Shown: piece after piece, positions 1-22,832 of the stretch
Numbering within the stretch: the stretch's first letter is position 1
Layout: every line of letters starts with the position of its first letter
Assembly: GCF_009914755.1 (NCBI RefSeq)
Contig: NC_060943.1
DNA length: 64,000 nucleotides
From: the human T2T-CHM13v2.0 reference genome, Homo sapiens
Direction: 5' to 3' (one strand)
Notes under the pieces: generated by a model
Databases searched by the model: none
What the model was told of the DNA's origin: nothing
The model's input: only the letters and a program-made list of their open reading frames with translations
Program-made: the position numbers and the translations under genes

Positions 1-139
1 CTCAGGAGGCTTAGGCAGGAGAATAGTTTGAACCCAGGAGGCGGAGGTTGCAGTGAGCTGAGATCGCACCACTGCACTGCAGCCTGGTCAACAGAGCGAG
101 ACTCTGTCTCAAAAAAAAAAAAAAAAAAAAAAACAAAAA

Positions 140-530
140 GACCATGAGTGCCATGGAGAAAGATGGGGGAGGGAGGGGCACAGCTTTAAGCAGGGGCTCA
201 GGGGAGGGTGGACTGAGATGGGGATGTTTGAACGAAGTCCTGAGGAAGTGAGGGAATGAGCACTGGAGATGTGGGGGAAGAGCATTCCTGGCAGAGGGAA
301 CAGCCTGTGCAAAGGCCCTGAGGCAGGAAAGGGGTGGCATATTTGAGGGATTGACACTTCTGGTGGTGGAGCTGCAGAGGGGTGGGGAGTCTCAAACGCC
401 AGCCTAGGAGGTTGGGACTTTGTCCTGGGGTGCTGGGGAGCTGTGGGAGGGCTGGGAGCAGGGGTTGGACAAATTCAGCTCTGGGAGCAAGAAGACCCCT
501 TGGGGGCCGTGTGAGAGACACACTGGAGTG
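140..530 (-). mobile_element. L2 LINE fragment
   Basis: gaagagcattcctggcagagggaacagcctgtgcaaaggccctgaggcagg is the typical antisense L2 3' segment; boundaries approximate. Confidence 0.7.
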
Positions 531-642
531 GGTGGTGCTGAGACCAGAAGGAGGCTGCTGAGGCTCTAGGGAAGGCTCAGGACGCTGTCCCAGGGCTGCT
601 CAGGTTGGCCCAGGCTGCGCGGCACTGGTTATTTGGTGTTAA

Positions 643-1020
<378 letters not shown>

Positions 1021-1043
1021 TGACAGCAGCTCTGTCTCAGTGC

Positions 1044-1785
<742 letters not shown>

Positions 1786-3608
1786 AGTACGTAGGTGGAC
1801 CTCCGCCTTTTCAGAGGCTGCGTAATGTTTCATTGTTTGCGTGAACTATGATTCTTTTAACCAAGCCCTCCAAAGAAAGACCTTTAGGTGTTTCTGGGCT
1901 GAGCCAGGGCCGCCTCTGGGTCTGATTGTCTTCTGGTCTCTGGCGCTGTGGGAGGCCCCAGGAGCTATTGTTGGCTCCAGGGCCGGATTGGAAGTGCTGG
2001 AAATGGAGCGTAGCTTGGCTGTCTACCCAGGCTGCAAACAGCCGGGCCTCTTGTGGCCTATTGACACAGGGTCTTGGGCCTCTCCCACCCCCACCCCGCC
2101 GCATTTCCCAACCAGGGTTGCATAATTCCCCAGCCTGCATGACTCCGCAGCTGGGCAGCTGGCACACAAATTCAGACTGTGGCTGCAATGGGGACCTGGG
2201 CCTCCCAGCCTGTCCTCTTAGGTCCTGCCTGGCCTCTTGTCACCATGAGCTCATGTGACCCTCCTGGCAGCTGCCCTGCTGTGTGGCAGGCGCAGGCAGC
2301 AGCTCTGATTTTTGGAATTCAGAAATAAAAACTTTGCAGCAACCTATGCATGTAGTAACATAAACTGAATGTGGCTAAAGGTTGTACTGACAAAACCAAG
2401 CCTTCCCACTCTTCCCTGGCCCTAGTTTCCCACTGTTGAGCTTCTTGTATCTCCTTCCAGAAATATTTTAAGAATATAAGAAAAGACACATATTATTTGT
2501 CTATAGGAGGAGGCATTCTCTAACCCCACAGCTGATGTTCAGCTGTCAACATCACTGTGGTGATAAAAAAAATGTGAAGCAATTTCTCTATTGGTTCAAA
2601 AGTTCCGGCCAAGTGCAGTGGCTCACGCCTGTAATCCCAACAGTTTGGGAGGCCGACTGAGGTCAGGAGTTCGAGACCAGCCTGGCCAACATGGTGAAAC
2701 CCCGTCTCTACTAAAAATACAAAAATTAGCCAGACATGGTGGTGGGCGCCTGTAGTCCCAGCTACTCAGGAGGCTGAGGCTAGAGAATTGCTTGAACCTG
2801 GGAGGCAGAGGTTGCAGTGAGCCAAGATCTCACCACTGCACTCCAGCTTGGAGCAGAGCGAGACTCCATCCAAAAAAAAAAAAAAAAGTTCCTGGATGTT
2901 GGTTGCTCCAGCTGGCCCCCCAGCTCCCTACCCTTCCACTAGAGACCCCCCTGGACCCTGGCCCAGCACTCTGGCCTAGGTTAGTCTGGGCCAGGCAGTG
3001 CTAGAGTTAAATACTCAGCTTGTCATTGGCTCACTCCTGTAATCCTAACACTTTGGGAGGCCGAGGTGGGAGAATCACTTGAGGCCAGGAGTTTGAGACC
3101 AGCCTGGGCAATATGGTGAGACCCTGTCTCTACTAAAAATTAAAAAAAAAAAAAATTAACCAGGTGTGGTGGTGCAAATCTGTAGTCCCAGCTACTTGGG
3201 AGGCTGAGGTGGGAGGATTAAGTCCAGGAGTAGGAGACTACAGTGAGCTATGATTGCACCACTGTACTCCAGGCTGGTGATAGAATGAGACCCCATCTCA
3301 AAACACCCCAAAACAAAGAAACAAATTACTCAGCTCATCATTCCCATGGAAGGATGCTCTGGACCCCCTCTCCACTGCCCTTTCCTACAGACTGGTATAT
3401 TTTGGCCATAGTTGTGGTTCAAAATAGATGGACCTCATTCCTTTTTGCAGCTGCGTAAGGTTTTATTGTTTAAATAAACTATGATTCTTTCAGCCAATCC
3501 CTTGCAGATAGAGCCTTAGGTTGTTTCCATTCCATTACTATTGGAACAATTAAAAAAAAAAATGCTAAGCCAGCGCAGTGGCTCACGCCTGTAATCCCAG
3601 CACTTTCA

Positions 3609-4347
<739 letters not shown>

Positions 4348-4791
4348 TTAAACTGTGCAATTCCATAGCATTTTGTGTATTCATAGAGTTGTGCACCTAT
4401 CATACAGTCACTTTTAGAACATTTTCAGTAGCCCAAGAAGATAACGCATACCCTTTAGCTGTCCCCCCAGGCCCTGTCCACAGCCTCTGGCAACCACTCT
4501 TCTGCTTTCGGTCTCTATGGACTTGCGTATTCTGGACATTTCATAGCAGTGAAATCATGCCGTATATGATCCTTTGTGACTGGCTGCTTTCTCTTGGCAT
4601 CATTTTCAAGTTTCATCCACATTGTAGCATGCAGTAGGTTTCCTTCCTTTTTATTGCTGAATAATTTTTATTGTTATCTTCTTATCATGGAAAATTTCAA
4701 ACATGTATGCAAACAGAGTGCAGAATGTAATGAATGCCCCACCACCACCAGCTGGCAGCTGTCACCAGCTCCATCAATGATGAACCGGTGA

Positions 4792-5145
<354 letters not shown>

Positions 5146-5186
5146 TGAGCATTTTTTAAATTGCAGAGAATCTACCTCGTCGCTGT

Positions 5187-5202
5187 CCACAGGGTGGCGC
5201 TA
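5187..5202 (+). promoter_or_regulatory. Candidate CTCF site
   Basis: CCACAGGGTGGCGCTA resembles the CTCF core CCASYAGRKGGCRS; motif match only. Confidence 0.5.
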
Positions 5203-5993
5203 GTTTCCAGTTCCTCCAGCATATACCTGGAGCACCTGTGTCCCCACCTGCACCCAGCAACGATGGCTGGAGCTTTTTTGTCTTTGCTGATGTGGCAGAT
5301 GAATGAGCTCTCATTACAGTTTCATTCTGTGTTTTGCTTACAAGGAGTGGAGTTAGTCACCTTTTCACAGACTTTTTTTGACAAGAGACAGAGGGTCAGG
5401 GAGGTGGGGTGTCCTGTCCTAGGACTCACCCCAATTCAAGAGGAGGAGGCAAAGCCATGGTGGAAACGTCTGACCCCAAAGCCAGCCCATGATCCAGAGA
5501 GAGAGGTGGACACCTCAGTGTCACCCACAGGGAGCCCAAGGCAGAAAGCATTTGGGGCCAATCAAGGCAGGGTGTCTGTCCATCTCCTTCCCCATTTTAC
5601 ATCTCTGCCTGCCACCCCTTGGCACCATAAATGCCATGCTGAGAGGTTGAGCAGGTAGCCTGGGACACAGGGAGGCATGCCAGCCTCTCACATGAGGCAT
5701 CCGCAGGCTGGGCTTGCTAGTGATGGGCGAGTCTGATGTCAGCAACAAGAGCTGACTGCCAGGTCCTCAGGGCATCAGATGCGCCCTGGGGCCTGGCACA
5801 AACACAGCTTCCTAAGCCAACTGCAAGAGGCCATTTTAAAGGCCATTGATGGAAGCCAGGTCTGGACGGGGTCTAAGCTGATGTTAAGGAATGATCATTA
5901 AGTTTGCTGGGCCAGATGCACTGTGGGTCTGTAAGGATGTGTCCTTCTTTATTTATCTTTTTTATTTTTTATTTTTTTTGAGATGGAGTCTAG

Positions 5994-6341
<348 letters not shown>

Positions 6342-6392
6342 TAGGTTATGGGTATCTTTGGGGTCTGTTATTCATCCTCCCACCTCCTCTGA

Positions 6393-7034
<642 letters not shown>

Positions 7035-7037
7035 TGA

Positions 7038-7226
<189 letters not shown>

Positions 7227-8155
7227 TAGCTAATTTTTTGTATTTTTAGTAGAGACAAGGTTTCACTGTGTTAGCCAGGATGGTCTCGATCTCTTGACCT
7301 CGTGATCTGCCCGCCTCAGCCTCCCAAAGTGCTGGGATTACAGGCGTGAGCCACCGCGCCCGGCCACACACACCTTTTTCTAAGCCACCTTTGTGTAGAA
7401 GTACAGTATACACACCAATAAAAGGAGCACAGGCCCTTGGCATCCAGCCTGGGGGAGTTTTGGGAGGGAACACCCTGTATATCCAGCACCCAGGAGCCCC
7501 CCATGTCCCTTCCCACCACCAGCACCCCCTCAAGGTAACCATTATTCCGACTTCTAAGAGCATGGAGTTGTGTTGCCTCTTCTTGGATTTGGTACAAATA
7601 GAATCACACGGTGTGCAGTTTCTCACCTGGCTTCTGTCACTCAGCCGTGTGTTTGTGACATTCATCCATGTCCAGTGAGGGAAGGGGGCTTTGGAGAGGC
7701 CAGTTCCACAGACACATTCACTTTGTAAACGTTCCTGGAGCTGGATGTCTATAGTATGTGTCCTTTTCTGTATGTGTGCTGCGCATATGTATTTACATTC
7801 ATAAACCTATGCTACGCCGGCACGGTGGCTTATGCCTGTAATCCCAGCACTTTGGGAGGCTGAGTTAGGAGAATCGCTTGAGCCGGGGAATTTGAGACCA
7901 ACTTGGGCAACATGCCAAGATCCCATCTGGACAAAACATTTTTTTAAATTAGCTGGGCATGGTGGTGAGCATCTGTAGTCCAGCTACTCAGAAGGCTGTG
8001 GTGAGAGGATCGCTTGAGCCCAGGAAGTTGAGGCTGCAGTAAGCTATGATCACACCACACCACTGCACTCCAGCCTGGGCAACAGAGCAAGACTCTGTCT
8101 CTTTAAAAAAAAATCTATGCTAAAATGAAAAAGGAAAATGGAAGCACAGAAATTA

Positions 8156-8434
<279 letters not shown>

Positions 8435-8734
8435 TCAGTTACCCTATCTGTAACATGGGAAGCATAGAAGGACCTGCCTTGTTCAGTGGTTATGAAGGGT
8501 ACCTGAAGTCATTTGTAAGTGTTTGGAACAGGTTGTGGTATGGAGGAAGTGAAAAATAAATCAAGGTCCATTTCAGTGCACAAATGGTACAAACTGTTCT
8601 AGAATGAATGGTTGACCAGGCGGCTGAGGGGTTGCACTGACCTATGGCCCCACCATGAAAGCATCAGATGCAGCCAGGCTTGGTGACTCATGCCTGTAAT
8701 CCCAGCACTTTAGGAGGCCCAGGCGGGCGGATCA

Positions 8735-8974
<240 letters not shown>

Positions 8975-9179
8975 TCAGATGCAAACACAAACACAGCCTC
9001 ACCTGCTGTCCCCTTGACTCAAACACCACACACAGCTCTGCTGTCAGGGGAGAGTGTTCTGAAAAGGTGATCAATTTTGATTGAGTCCTGAGCAAAGCAA
9101 AGAACAGCCTTCTCTGGGATTTACACAGTGGCTGTCCTCCTGGAAAATTCACTGTATATTAATTTTTTTTTTTTTTTGA

Positions 9180-9374
<195 letters not shown>

Positions 9375-9755
9375 TGATCTCAAACTCCTGGACTCAAATG
9401 ATCTTCCCGCCTTTGCCCTCCCAAAGTGCTGGGATTACGGGCGTGAGCCCGTACCACCACCACCACACCGCACCAAGCCTCACTGTGTATTAAAACCAAG
9501 CACAAAACACTGCTGTATTTATACGTAAAACTGTTGGGAATTTGTTGCAGATAATTACAAACCATGACTTCATGGACGCAAATGTCCAGGGGGCCATTTT
9601 TCAGAAGCCATGTGGGCTGTAGAAACCGTCCGCATCCAAGTGGACTGCCTAGTCCTGGTGACGTCCAGAAACACCCGACCCCTCCACAAGTTCCTGAGAC
9701 ATATTCTAGGGGGCAGCACTACCCACTTCCAATGCACTTTCTAGAACTCTGCACA

Positions 9756-11005
<1,250 letters not shown>

Positions 11006-11333
11006 GGTGGTGGTACACACCCGTGGTCTCAGCCACTCTGGGGGCTGAGGCAGGAGGATCACTTGAGCCCAAGAGGTCAAGGCTGCAGTGAGCTATGATC
11101 GTGCCACTGCATACCTGCCTGGGCAACAGAGCAAGACCCCATTCAAAATAATTTTTTAAGAAAGAACATGACCAGTGCAAGTCACAAGAATCGACTATAC
11201 TTTATATTTCCTCCCTTTTGCACATAGATAGCAGTAAGCCACACACAGCATTGTTTGTTTGCCTCCTGTTTTTCACTCATTGTGGTAGAAGTCTTTCCAT
11301 ATCACTGTAGACCTTCTTCATTCATTTCCCTAA

Positions 11334-11639
<306 letters not shown>

Positions 11640-11662
11640 TAAGCTGAGGGGTGGTGATATAA

Positions 11663-11935
<273 letters not shown>

Positions 11936-11938
11936 TAG

Positions 11939-12181
<243 letters not shown>

Positions 12182-13429
12182 TAGTAGAGACGGAGTGTCA
12201 CCGTGTTAACCAGGATGGTCTTGATCTCATGACCTCGTGATCTGCCCACCTCGGCCTCCCAAAGTGCTGGGATTACAGGCCTGAGCCACCGTGCCTGGCC
12301 GATTTCCTGCTTTTTGCTGAGTCTTTGCCAAAATAACATCAACCACTCTTTTCCTGATTCTAAAAGCGTGAGCTCTGCTGAAAGTGAACCGCACCAGCAC
12401 GACAGTGGGGAACAGCAGGAGCCCATCCTCCCAGACCCCCTCTCCCCACAGGGAGCCACCATTAGCATTTGGCGTAGCTTCTCCAGCCTCTGCACTCTGC
12501 AGAGACACACTTCTTTTTGCCTTTCAAGAACAGAATTATAGTCAATATCCCTTACTTTAAACCAAAATAGAAATAGCTATGTCTCTTTATTATTATAAAA
12601 TAATACAAGCTGGAAGGGGGAAAAATCTGGCATGACAGAAAAGTAGAAAGGAAGAGAGAAAATTACCCATAATCACCTGTAATCCCAGCACTTTGGGAGG
12701 CCAAGGCAGGCAGATCACTTGAGGCCATGAGTTCGAGACCAGCCTGGCCAACATGACAAAACTTCTTCTCTACTAAAAATACAAAAATTAACTGGGAATG
12801 GTGATGGGTGCCTGTAGTCCCAGCTGCTCAGGAGGCTGAGGCAGGAGAATTGCTTGAACCCAGGAGGCGGAGGTTGCAGTTGAGCCGAGATTGTGCCGCT
12901 GCACTCCAGCCTGGGCAACGGAGCAAGAATCTGTCTCCAAAAAAAAAAAAGAAGAAGAAAGAAAGAAAAAGAAGAAGAAAGAAAGAAAAAGAAAAAGAAA
13001 GACAATTACCCATAATCATATTCCCAGAGATAATTGCTGCTCACATTTTGGGATGTGTCTCTCTGGGCTTTGTTCTGTGTCTGTATCACTGTGGATATAG
13101 AGTGTCACAGAAATGGAATCGTGCTTCACCCCCTCTTCCCCTGGAGACAGCAAGAGCTTTCTGTCCTGATTATGAAATCCGATGGGCTCATTTCTGAAAG
13201 CTGCACAGCACAGAAAATAGGAGGACAGGATGTATTACCCCACTATGCTGCTGGTAACAGCATTACCTGAGGCACCTGGGGGCTCTGTACATAGGCACCC
13301 AGCAGGTGTGCCGTGCACACACATTTACTCATTTGTTTTACAAAACTGGAGTCAGACCCTGCAAACTGTTTTGAAACCTGCTTTTTTTTCCCCTGAATGC
13401 TTTCGGGATAACTTTTCAGGTTATTCACA

Positions 13430-13680
13430 AGAAACTCTACTGGGATCCCTTCCCTCCCTCCCTCCCTCCCTCCCTCCCTCCTTCCCTCCCTCCTTCCTTC
13501 CTTCTTTTAGATAGAACTGTACTGGGATTCCCTCGCTCCCTCCCTCCCTTCCTCCTGCCCTCCCTCCTTCCTTCTTTTAGATAGAACTCTACTGGGATTC
13601 CCCCCCTCCCTCCCTCCCTCCCTTCCTTTCTTCCTTCCTTCCTTCCTTCCCTCCTTCCTTCCTTCCTTCCATCTTTCCTC
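13430..13680. repeat. Three-unit duplication (period about 70 bp) of agaactctactgggattccc plus (CCTT/CCCT)n
   Basis: Units at about 13430, 13513 and 13583, adjoining an antisense Alu tail. Confidence 0.85.
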
Positions 13681-14030
13681 TTTTAAATGAAGTCTCGCCC
13701 AGACTGGAGTGCAGTGGCACCATCTCAGCTCACTGCAACCTCTACCTCCTGGGTTCAAGCGATTCTCCCTGCCTCAGCCTCCCAAGTATCTGGGATTACA
13801 GGCACGCACCACCATGTCGGGCTAATTTTTGTATTTTTAGTACAGACGGGGTTTCACCATGTTGGCCAGGTTGGTCTCAAACTCCTGACCTCAGGTGATC
13901 CGCCCACCTTGGCCTCCCGAAGGGCCTCCCTGGGATTACGGGCGTGAGCCACCGTGCCCCGCCTCCAGTGTAGCTTTTAGTGACTGCAGAACATTCTTTC
14001 AAATGGGCCAGGCACCTGTAATCCCAGCTA

Positions 14031-14138
<108 letters not shown>

Positions 14139-14391
14139 TCAAACAAAACAAAACAAAACAAACAAAAAAACCATCAGAACATTCTTTCAAATGAATGAAG
14201 CCCGACCCATCTAACCAATTCCCGCTTCTTGGGCACTGAGGTTGTTTCCTAGCTTTCTCCGATTATAAACAACACTGCGCTGAACATCCTTGTGGCACGG
14301 TCTTTGCTCACATGCAGGGTTATTTTGCCAGTGCTGGTTCCTGGAAAAAAAATAGTTGGGCAGAGAATGTACACACTTTTGGGACTCGTAA

Positions 14392-14700
<309 letters not shown>

Positions 14701-14837
14701 TAAACAGTGTATGCTGTTTTTCCCACCACTCAACAGACTTTTGCTGAGTGCCCGCTCCGTTACCGATCCTGGTCTAGGTGCCAGGCGTAAAAGCAGTCAT
14801 CGAAACAAATAACCAGGCCCTCAGGGACCTCAAGTTA

Positions 14838-15117
<280 letters not shown>

Positions 15118-15432
15118 TTAGATGGTGAGAGCACCTGTGAAGGGGAGGTTTTGTTGGTCAGGAAAGTCCTCTCTAAGGAAGCTCTAAGGATGAAACATTC
15201 GAGATGAGACCTAGATGGTTCGAGGCAGACGGAACCGCAAGTGTAAAGGCCCTGGGGGTGGAGCAGGCTTGGGGAGTTGGGAACATTAAGCAGGTCAGTG
15301 AGGCCGGGTGTGGGGGCTCATGCCTGTAATCCCAGCTCTTTGGGAGGCTGAGGCGGACAGATTGAGCTCAGGAGTTCAAGATCAGCCTGGGCAACATGGT
15401 GAATCTCCGTCTCTACTAAAATACAAAAATTA

Positions 15433-15627
<195 letters not shown>

Positions 15628-16104
15628 TCAGTGAGGCTGAAGAGCAAGGGAGAGAGGGTGGGTGAATCCACAGTCAGAAATGTCAGCAAGGGGCAGATCA
15701 TGCAGGGTCTTAGGGGCCACAGTAAGGAGGTGAGTTTTATTCAAACTACATAGGAGGCCATTGAGGTTTTAAGCCAGGGAGTGACTTGATTCAGTTTGTC
15801 TTTCATAGAAAGATCCCCTTGGCTGCTGCATGGAGAATTGGGTTCAGGGATGCAGGTAGAGGCGGGGAGACCTAAGGAGGCTGCATCCAGAGTCTTGGCA
15901 ATCGTGGGAGCTCACACCATGAGCAGGGAGGGTGGAGTGGAGCGACCACAGGCCAGGGAGGGTTTCAGAATCCAGCTTTTGGGCAGAGGCCTCTGCTGGC
16001 CCCAGGCTGGGCAGTGAGGTACCTGGATGAAGACCCCGTGGGGGAGATGAGGAGTCTGGGAGCCACACTGACCCGGGTTCAATCTCAGCTGGGGTACTGT
16101 TGTT

Positions 16105-16240
16105 AGTTCCCATTTTACAGAGGAGAAAACTGAGGCACAGAGAGGTTTATTCACATGCCTGAAATCACACAGCCCCTAAGTGGCAGAGCTGGGATTCAAA
16201 CCCAAGTTGTCCGGCTCCAGAGTCCACGCTCTTAACCGCT
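16105..16240 (-). mobile_element. MIR SINE (other MIRs near 8360-8530, 23065-23245, 41460-41660, 59415-59530)
   Basis: cccattttacagaggagaaaactgaggcacagagagg...gtggcagagctgggattcaaaccca core. Confidence 0.85.
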
Positions 16241-16465
16241 GTGCGGTAGAAACTGCTTTGAGGGGGTGAGGGAAGGATTCAAGGGCTAACACATCCGAGC
16301 CCGTCATGTAGTACCTGGTGCGCAGTAGGACTTCAGGAATGTCTGCCTGTTGTTCATGGCATTGTTCTTGATGGTACTTACACTCAAGGAGCTGGGAGGC
16401 GACCTTAAGGGGGACGAGCTGGGGGCCCTTCCCCGGTTCACCCCCGACGTCTTTCAGTCTGCTGA

Positions 16466-17467
<1,002 letters not shown>

Positions 17468-17508
17468 TGACAGCACCTGCTTCCTCGATCTTTTGTGACC
17501 ATAGGTGA

Positions 17509-17847
<339 letters not shown>

Positions 17848-18032
17848 TGACCTCGTGATCTACCCGCCTCGGCCTCCCAAAGTGCTGGGATTACAGGCGT
17901 GAGCCACCGTGCCTGGCATCTCACGTTTGTTTTTATGTCCAAGTGTGACTTATAAGAGCTAAAAATCAGCAGCCACCTGAGTGTCCAATATGTGGGGATC
18001 TGACTTACTCTCCCCCTGCTGTCAATGGCCAG

Positions 18033-18206
18033 GCCAACCCCCCTGGACTCCTGGCCCTGCTGGATGAGGAGTGCTGGTTCCCGAAGGCCACAGACAAGTC
18101 GTTTGTGGAGAAGGTAGCCCAGGAGCAGGGCGGCCACCCCAAGTTCCAGCGGCCGAGGCACCTGCGGGATCAGGCCGACTTCAGTGTTCTCCACTACGCG
18201 GGCAAG
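18033..18206 (+). CDS. MYH14: MYH14 coding exon, motor domain (174 nt)
   Basis: gccag|GCC...AAG|gtaggg; [21 protein letters not shown]...FSVLHYAGK. Confidence 0.97.
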
Positions 18207-18720
18207 GTAGGGGCTGGGGCCGGCCTTGGGGCATGTGGGAGTGGGGATCAAGGGATCTCCACTGGCTACAGATGGGGGGAGGGTGCAGAGGGAAAACAGG
18301 GTCCTCCTGAGGTCCAGACAAACAGAGCAGGGGCTAGGAGAGCCCAGGGAGGAGCAAGGATTCTGTCTGATGGGATCACCAAAAACTTCCTCAAAGAGGT
18401 GATATTTGCAGTGGGTTTTGAGGGATGGGTAGGAGTTCATCAGGAGGCGATCTATGTGCATTTTATCCACTTATTCAGCAGATATGTGCGGGGTGCCATT
18501 TGTGTGCCCAGCTCGGGGCCGAGCAAAGCTGGATACACAGATCAAACATGGTTTCTGTCCTCACAAAGATCCCTATCTGGGAGGGAGGCAAATACAGACG
18601 ATCAGGATATAAGGTTAATAGGTCTTTCAGTGGAGGCAGCTGAGGGTAGTGTCAGAGCCCAGAAGAGAAGTACCTGGGAAAGCTTCACAGAAGAGAATAT
18701 GCTCAATCTCAAATCTCAGT

Positions 18721-19467
<747 letters not shown>

Positions 19468-20092
19468 GTTTTGATGATGTGGACCAGGCAGCCCCAGAGG
19501 ATGGGTGAAGGGTGGGAAGGGCTCTCCAGGCAGAGGGAACAGCATAGACAATGGCTGGGAGGCAGGAGATTCCATGTGTTCTGTGTCTAGCCCTCAGTTT
19601 CTTCCCCAGACATACTCCAGAACTCCCCCTGTACCCAGCCCTCTGCTAGGCCGTGAGTCAGACCTGGGCCCTGCCCTCGGGGGACCGCTGTCTGGTGGGG
19701 GGCACATATGCAGAGAATTGTAGCGGCCAAGATCGTGACTCTATGGAGCCCCACAGCAAAGCCCTGAGTACCCAGAAGGAGCCAGTGGTGTGAAACCCAC
19801 AGAGACAGAACCCCAGGTGGCAGGAACCGCAGGGGTAAAACCCCGAGGTGGGAGTAAGCTCGCATGTTTGAGGAACAGTGCGGAGGCCAGGGTGGCTGGA
19901 GCGGAATGAATAGGAAGAAAGTGGTGGTGGTGGAGGTCACAGAGGTGGCAGGGGGCATAGAGGGGAAGGAGAGAGAGGGGACCATGCTGGTGGGGTGCAG
20001 TTCAGAATATGGACACAAGGTGGCACCAGTGCTCGCTTGTCCATGGTGAGCTCCAGACCTGGGAGTCTCAGAGCTTCTGGAAGGCTCCTTAG

Positions 20093-20296
<204 letters not shown>

Positions 20297-21385
20297 TAGG
20301 GGTCTGTGCGGCCATTCTCCAAATCCACAGCGTGAGCACCTTTGTTTCAGAGGCGGAGGTCTGAACCTGAGTTTTCTGCTCAGACCCAGAATAGCCAGTG
20401 TCACAAATAGTATTTCAAATCAGTGATGGATGGATCCATAGATTAATTGATTGACTATTGATTTGATTGATAAGCCAGCATCCTTCTCAAGGATAAAGCA
20501 CTCCGCCTTAATCAGAAACGTGGCAAAGATACCCACTAACACTACTGTTAAACATCGTTTTTTTAGCAATACTAGCCTATGCAATCAGACCAGAAAAAGT
20601 ATGAATATCGAACAGGAAGAAGTAAACTTATTATTTTTAGATGGCCTGTGTTCCCTAAACAATTAGGAGATTTGGCTGGGCATGGTGGCTCACACCTGTA
20701 ATCCCAGCACTTTTGGGAGGCCAAGGTGGGCGGATCACTTGAGGTCAGGAGTTCAAGACCAGCCTGGCCAACATGGTGAAACCCTGTCTCTACTAAAAGT
20801 ACAACAATTAGCCAGATGTCCTGGTGCATGCCTGTAGTCTCAGCTACTAGGGAGGCTGAGGCAGGAGAATCGCTTGAATCTGGGAGGTAGAGGTTTCAGT
20901 GAGCCAAGATTGTGTCACTGCAATCCAGCCTGGGTGACAGTGTGAGACTCTGTCCCAAAAAAAAAAAAAAAATTCTACTGAGAAATAATTTATAACAATA
21001 AGAGAACACAGAATGATGATCTTTTGCAGGTCAGTCAACTTTTAGGCTTTGCTTTCTTTGTTTTCTTACAAAGTTCCCTTCACGCCCCCAGGGAAGAAGA
21101 AAGAAAAAACAGACTGAGATACAGTTTTGGAGGGCTTTCCTGCCCCCAAAAGGCCCCCATGAGTGTGACTGTCTTTTTGGATTGACACTTCTAGGGGTCA
21201 TAGGCAGAGATGCCAAATGCCCTGTGGTAGGACTCTGACCTTTTCCAAGCCTTTTCTGCCACTGCCCCTGCCCCCCCATCCTTAGAGGAGGTTTGAGAAA
21301 TGGTTTTAGAAAGCTGGCAGAACTGGCATCCTGTTTTTTCCAGGTTCCAAGTTTCTGGCATTTGTCAGTTTGCCTTAATCTTTTA

Positions 21386-21838
<453 letters not shown>

Positions 21839-22733
21839 TCATGCTAGAAAGATAGATTTTATTTTTATGTCTCATATAGTATTTACACAAGGAGATTGGA
21901 AAGCAGAGTTTGATGTTCAGGAACAGAACCAGATTATGCTACGAGAATCATCTCCCGGCTGAAAATCTGCTGCCCTTTTAAAATATTTGTGCTGTCTTCA
22001 TAAACACATGATTCTCCACAGTGAGCCCTCATTTGTCACACTCTGTGTGTGCCTGACTCTCAGAGGGTTCCAAAAGAAAAAGTGGAAGCTGCAAAACCTC
22101 CTGGCTCAGCCTCCCGAGTAGCTGGGGAGCTGCCATAATGTCACTTCCTCCATAATCCTCCTAAACAAAGCTAGTCACAAGGTCTTCCCAGATTCAAGGA
22201 GCTGCAAGACACAGGCAAAGGGTGTCAATACAGGGGAAAGTGGGGAATCGGGGCCATTTTTGCCCAATCTCTGCTAGAGCTGCTTTGAGCCCAGAATTGG
22301 ATGCCCAGCATCCTGACAGCCCAGGGAAAAACGGAAATGAGATTAGCTCTCCTCTGAGAGGCAAAAACAACAAGTGGCCTGGGAGCATCAAGTTCATTCT
22401 TGAGCTTCCTGGCAGCCAGAGCAAAAAGGGCAACCTACTAAAACAGACACAACCTCTAGAGGGAGAGATTTTTTATTCTTTGCACTGAATTCTTACAGAG
22501 GACATTCGTCCTTTTGGCCAACAGTGTGTGGATACAAAGATGAACAGGAGTTCAGAAGTTTATGGCCAACATTCTGGTTTTCCATCTTGCTTTGCTCTGT
22601 ACTGTTGACTAATAACCCTCTCCTCTTTTTCTTCCTGCCACCTCCTCTCCTTCCCCTCTTTTCATGCATCTCTCTCCGCCATCTCTCTGCCATCTCCCCT
22701 CCACCCACCCACACATCTGTCCTCACTCCCCAG

Positions 22734-22832
22734 AACATGGGGGCTTCCAGCAGTTCTCTTTCCTTGGCTCCTTCCCACCGTCGCCCCCAGGATCTGCAGA
22801 GAGGTGCAGCTCTGCTATTTCTCCGCCAGGGG
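22734..22832 (+). CDS. MYH14: MYH14 alternative C2 cassette exon (33-aa loop-2 insert)
   Basis: cccag|AAC...GGGG|gtgggt; 99 nt, phase 1-1; EHGGFQQFSFLGSFPPSPPGSAERCSSAISPPG. Confidence 0.9.
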
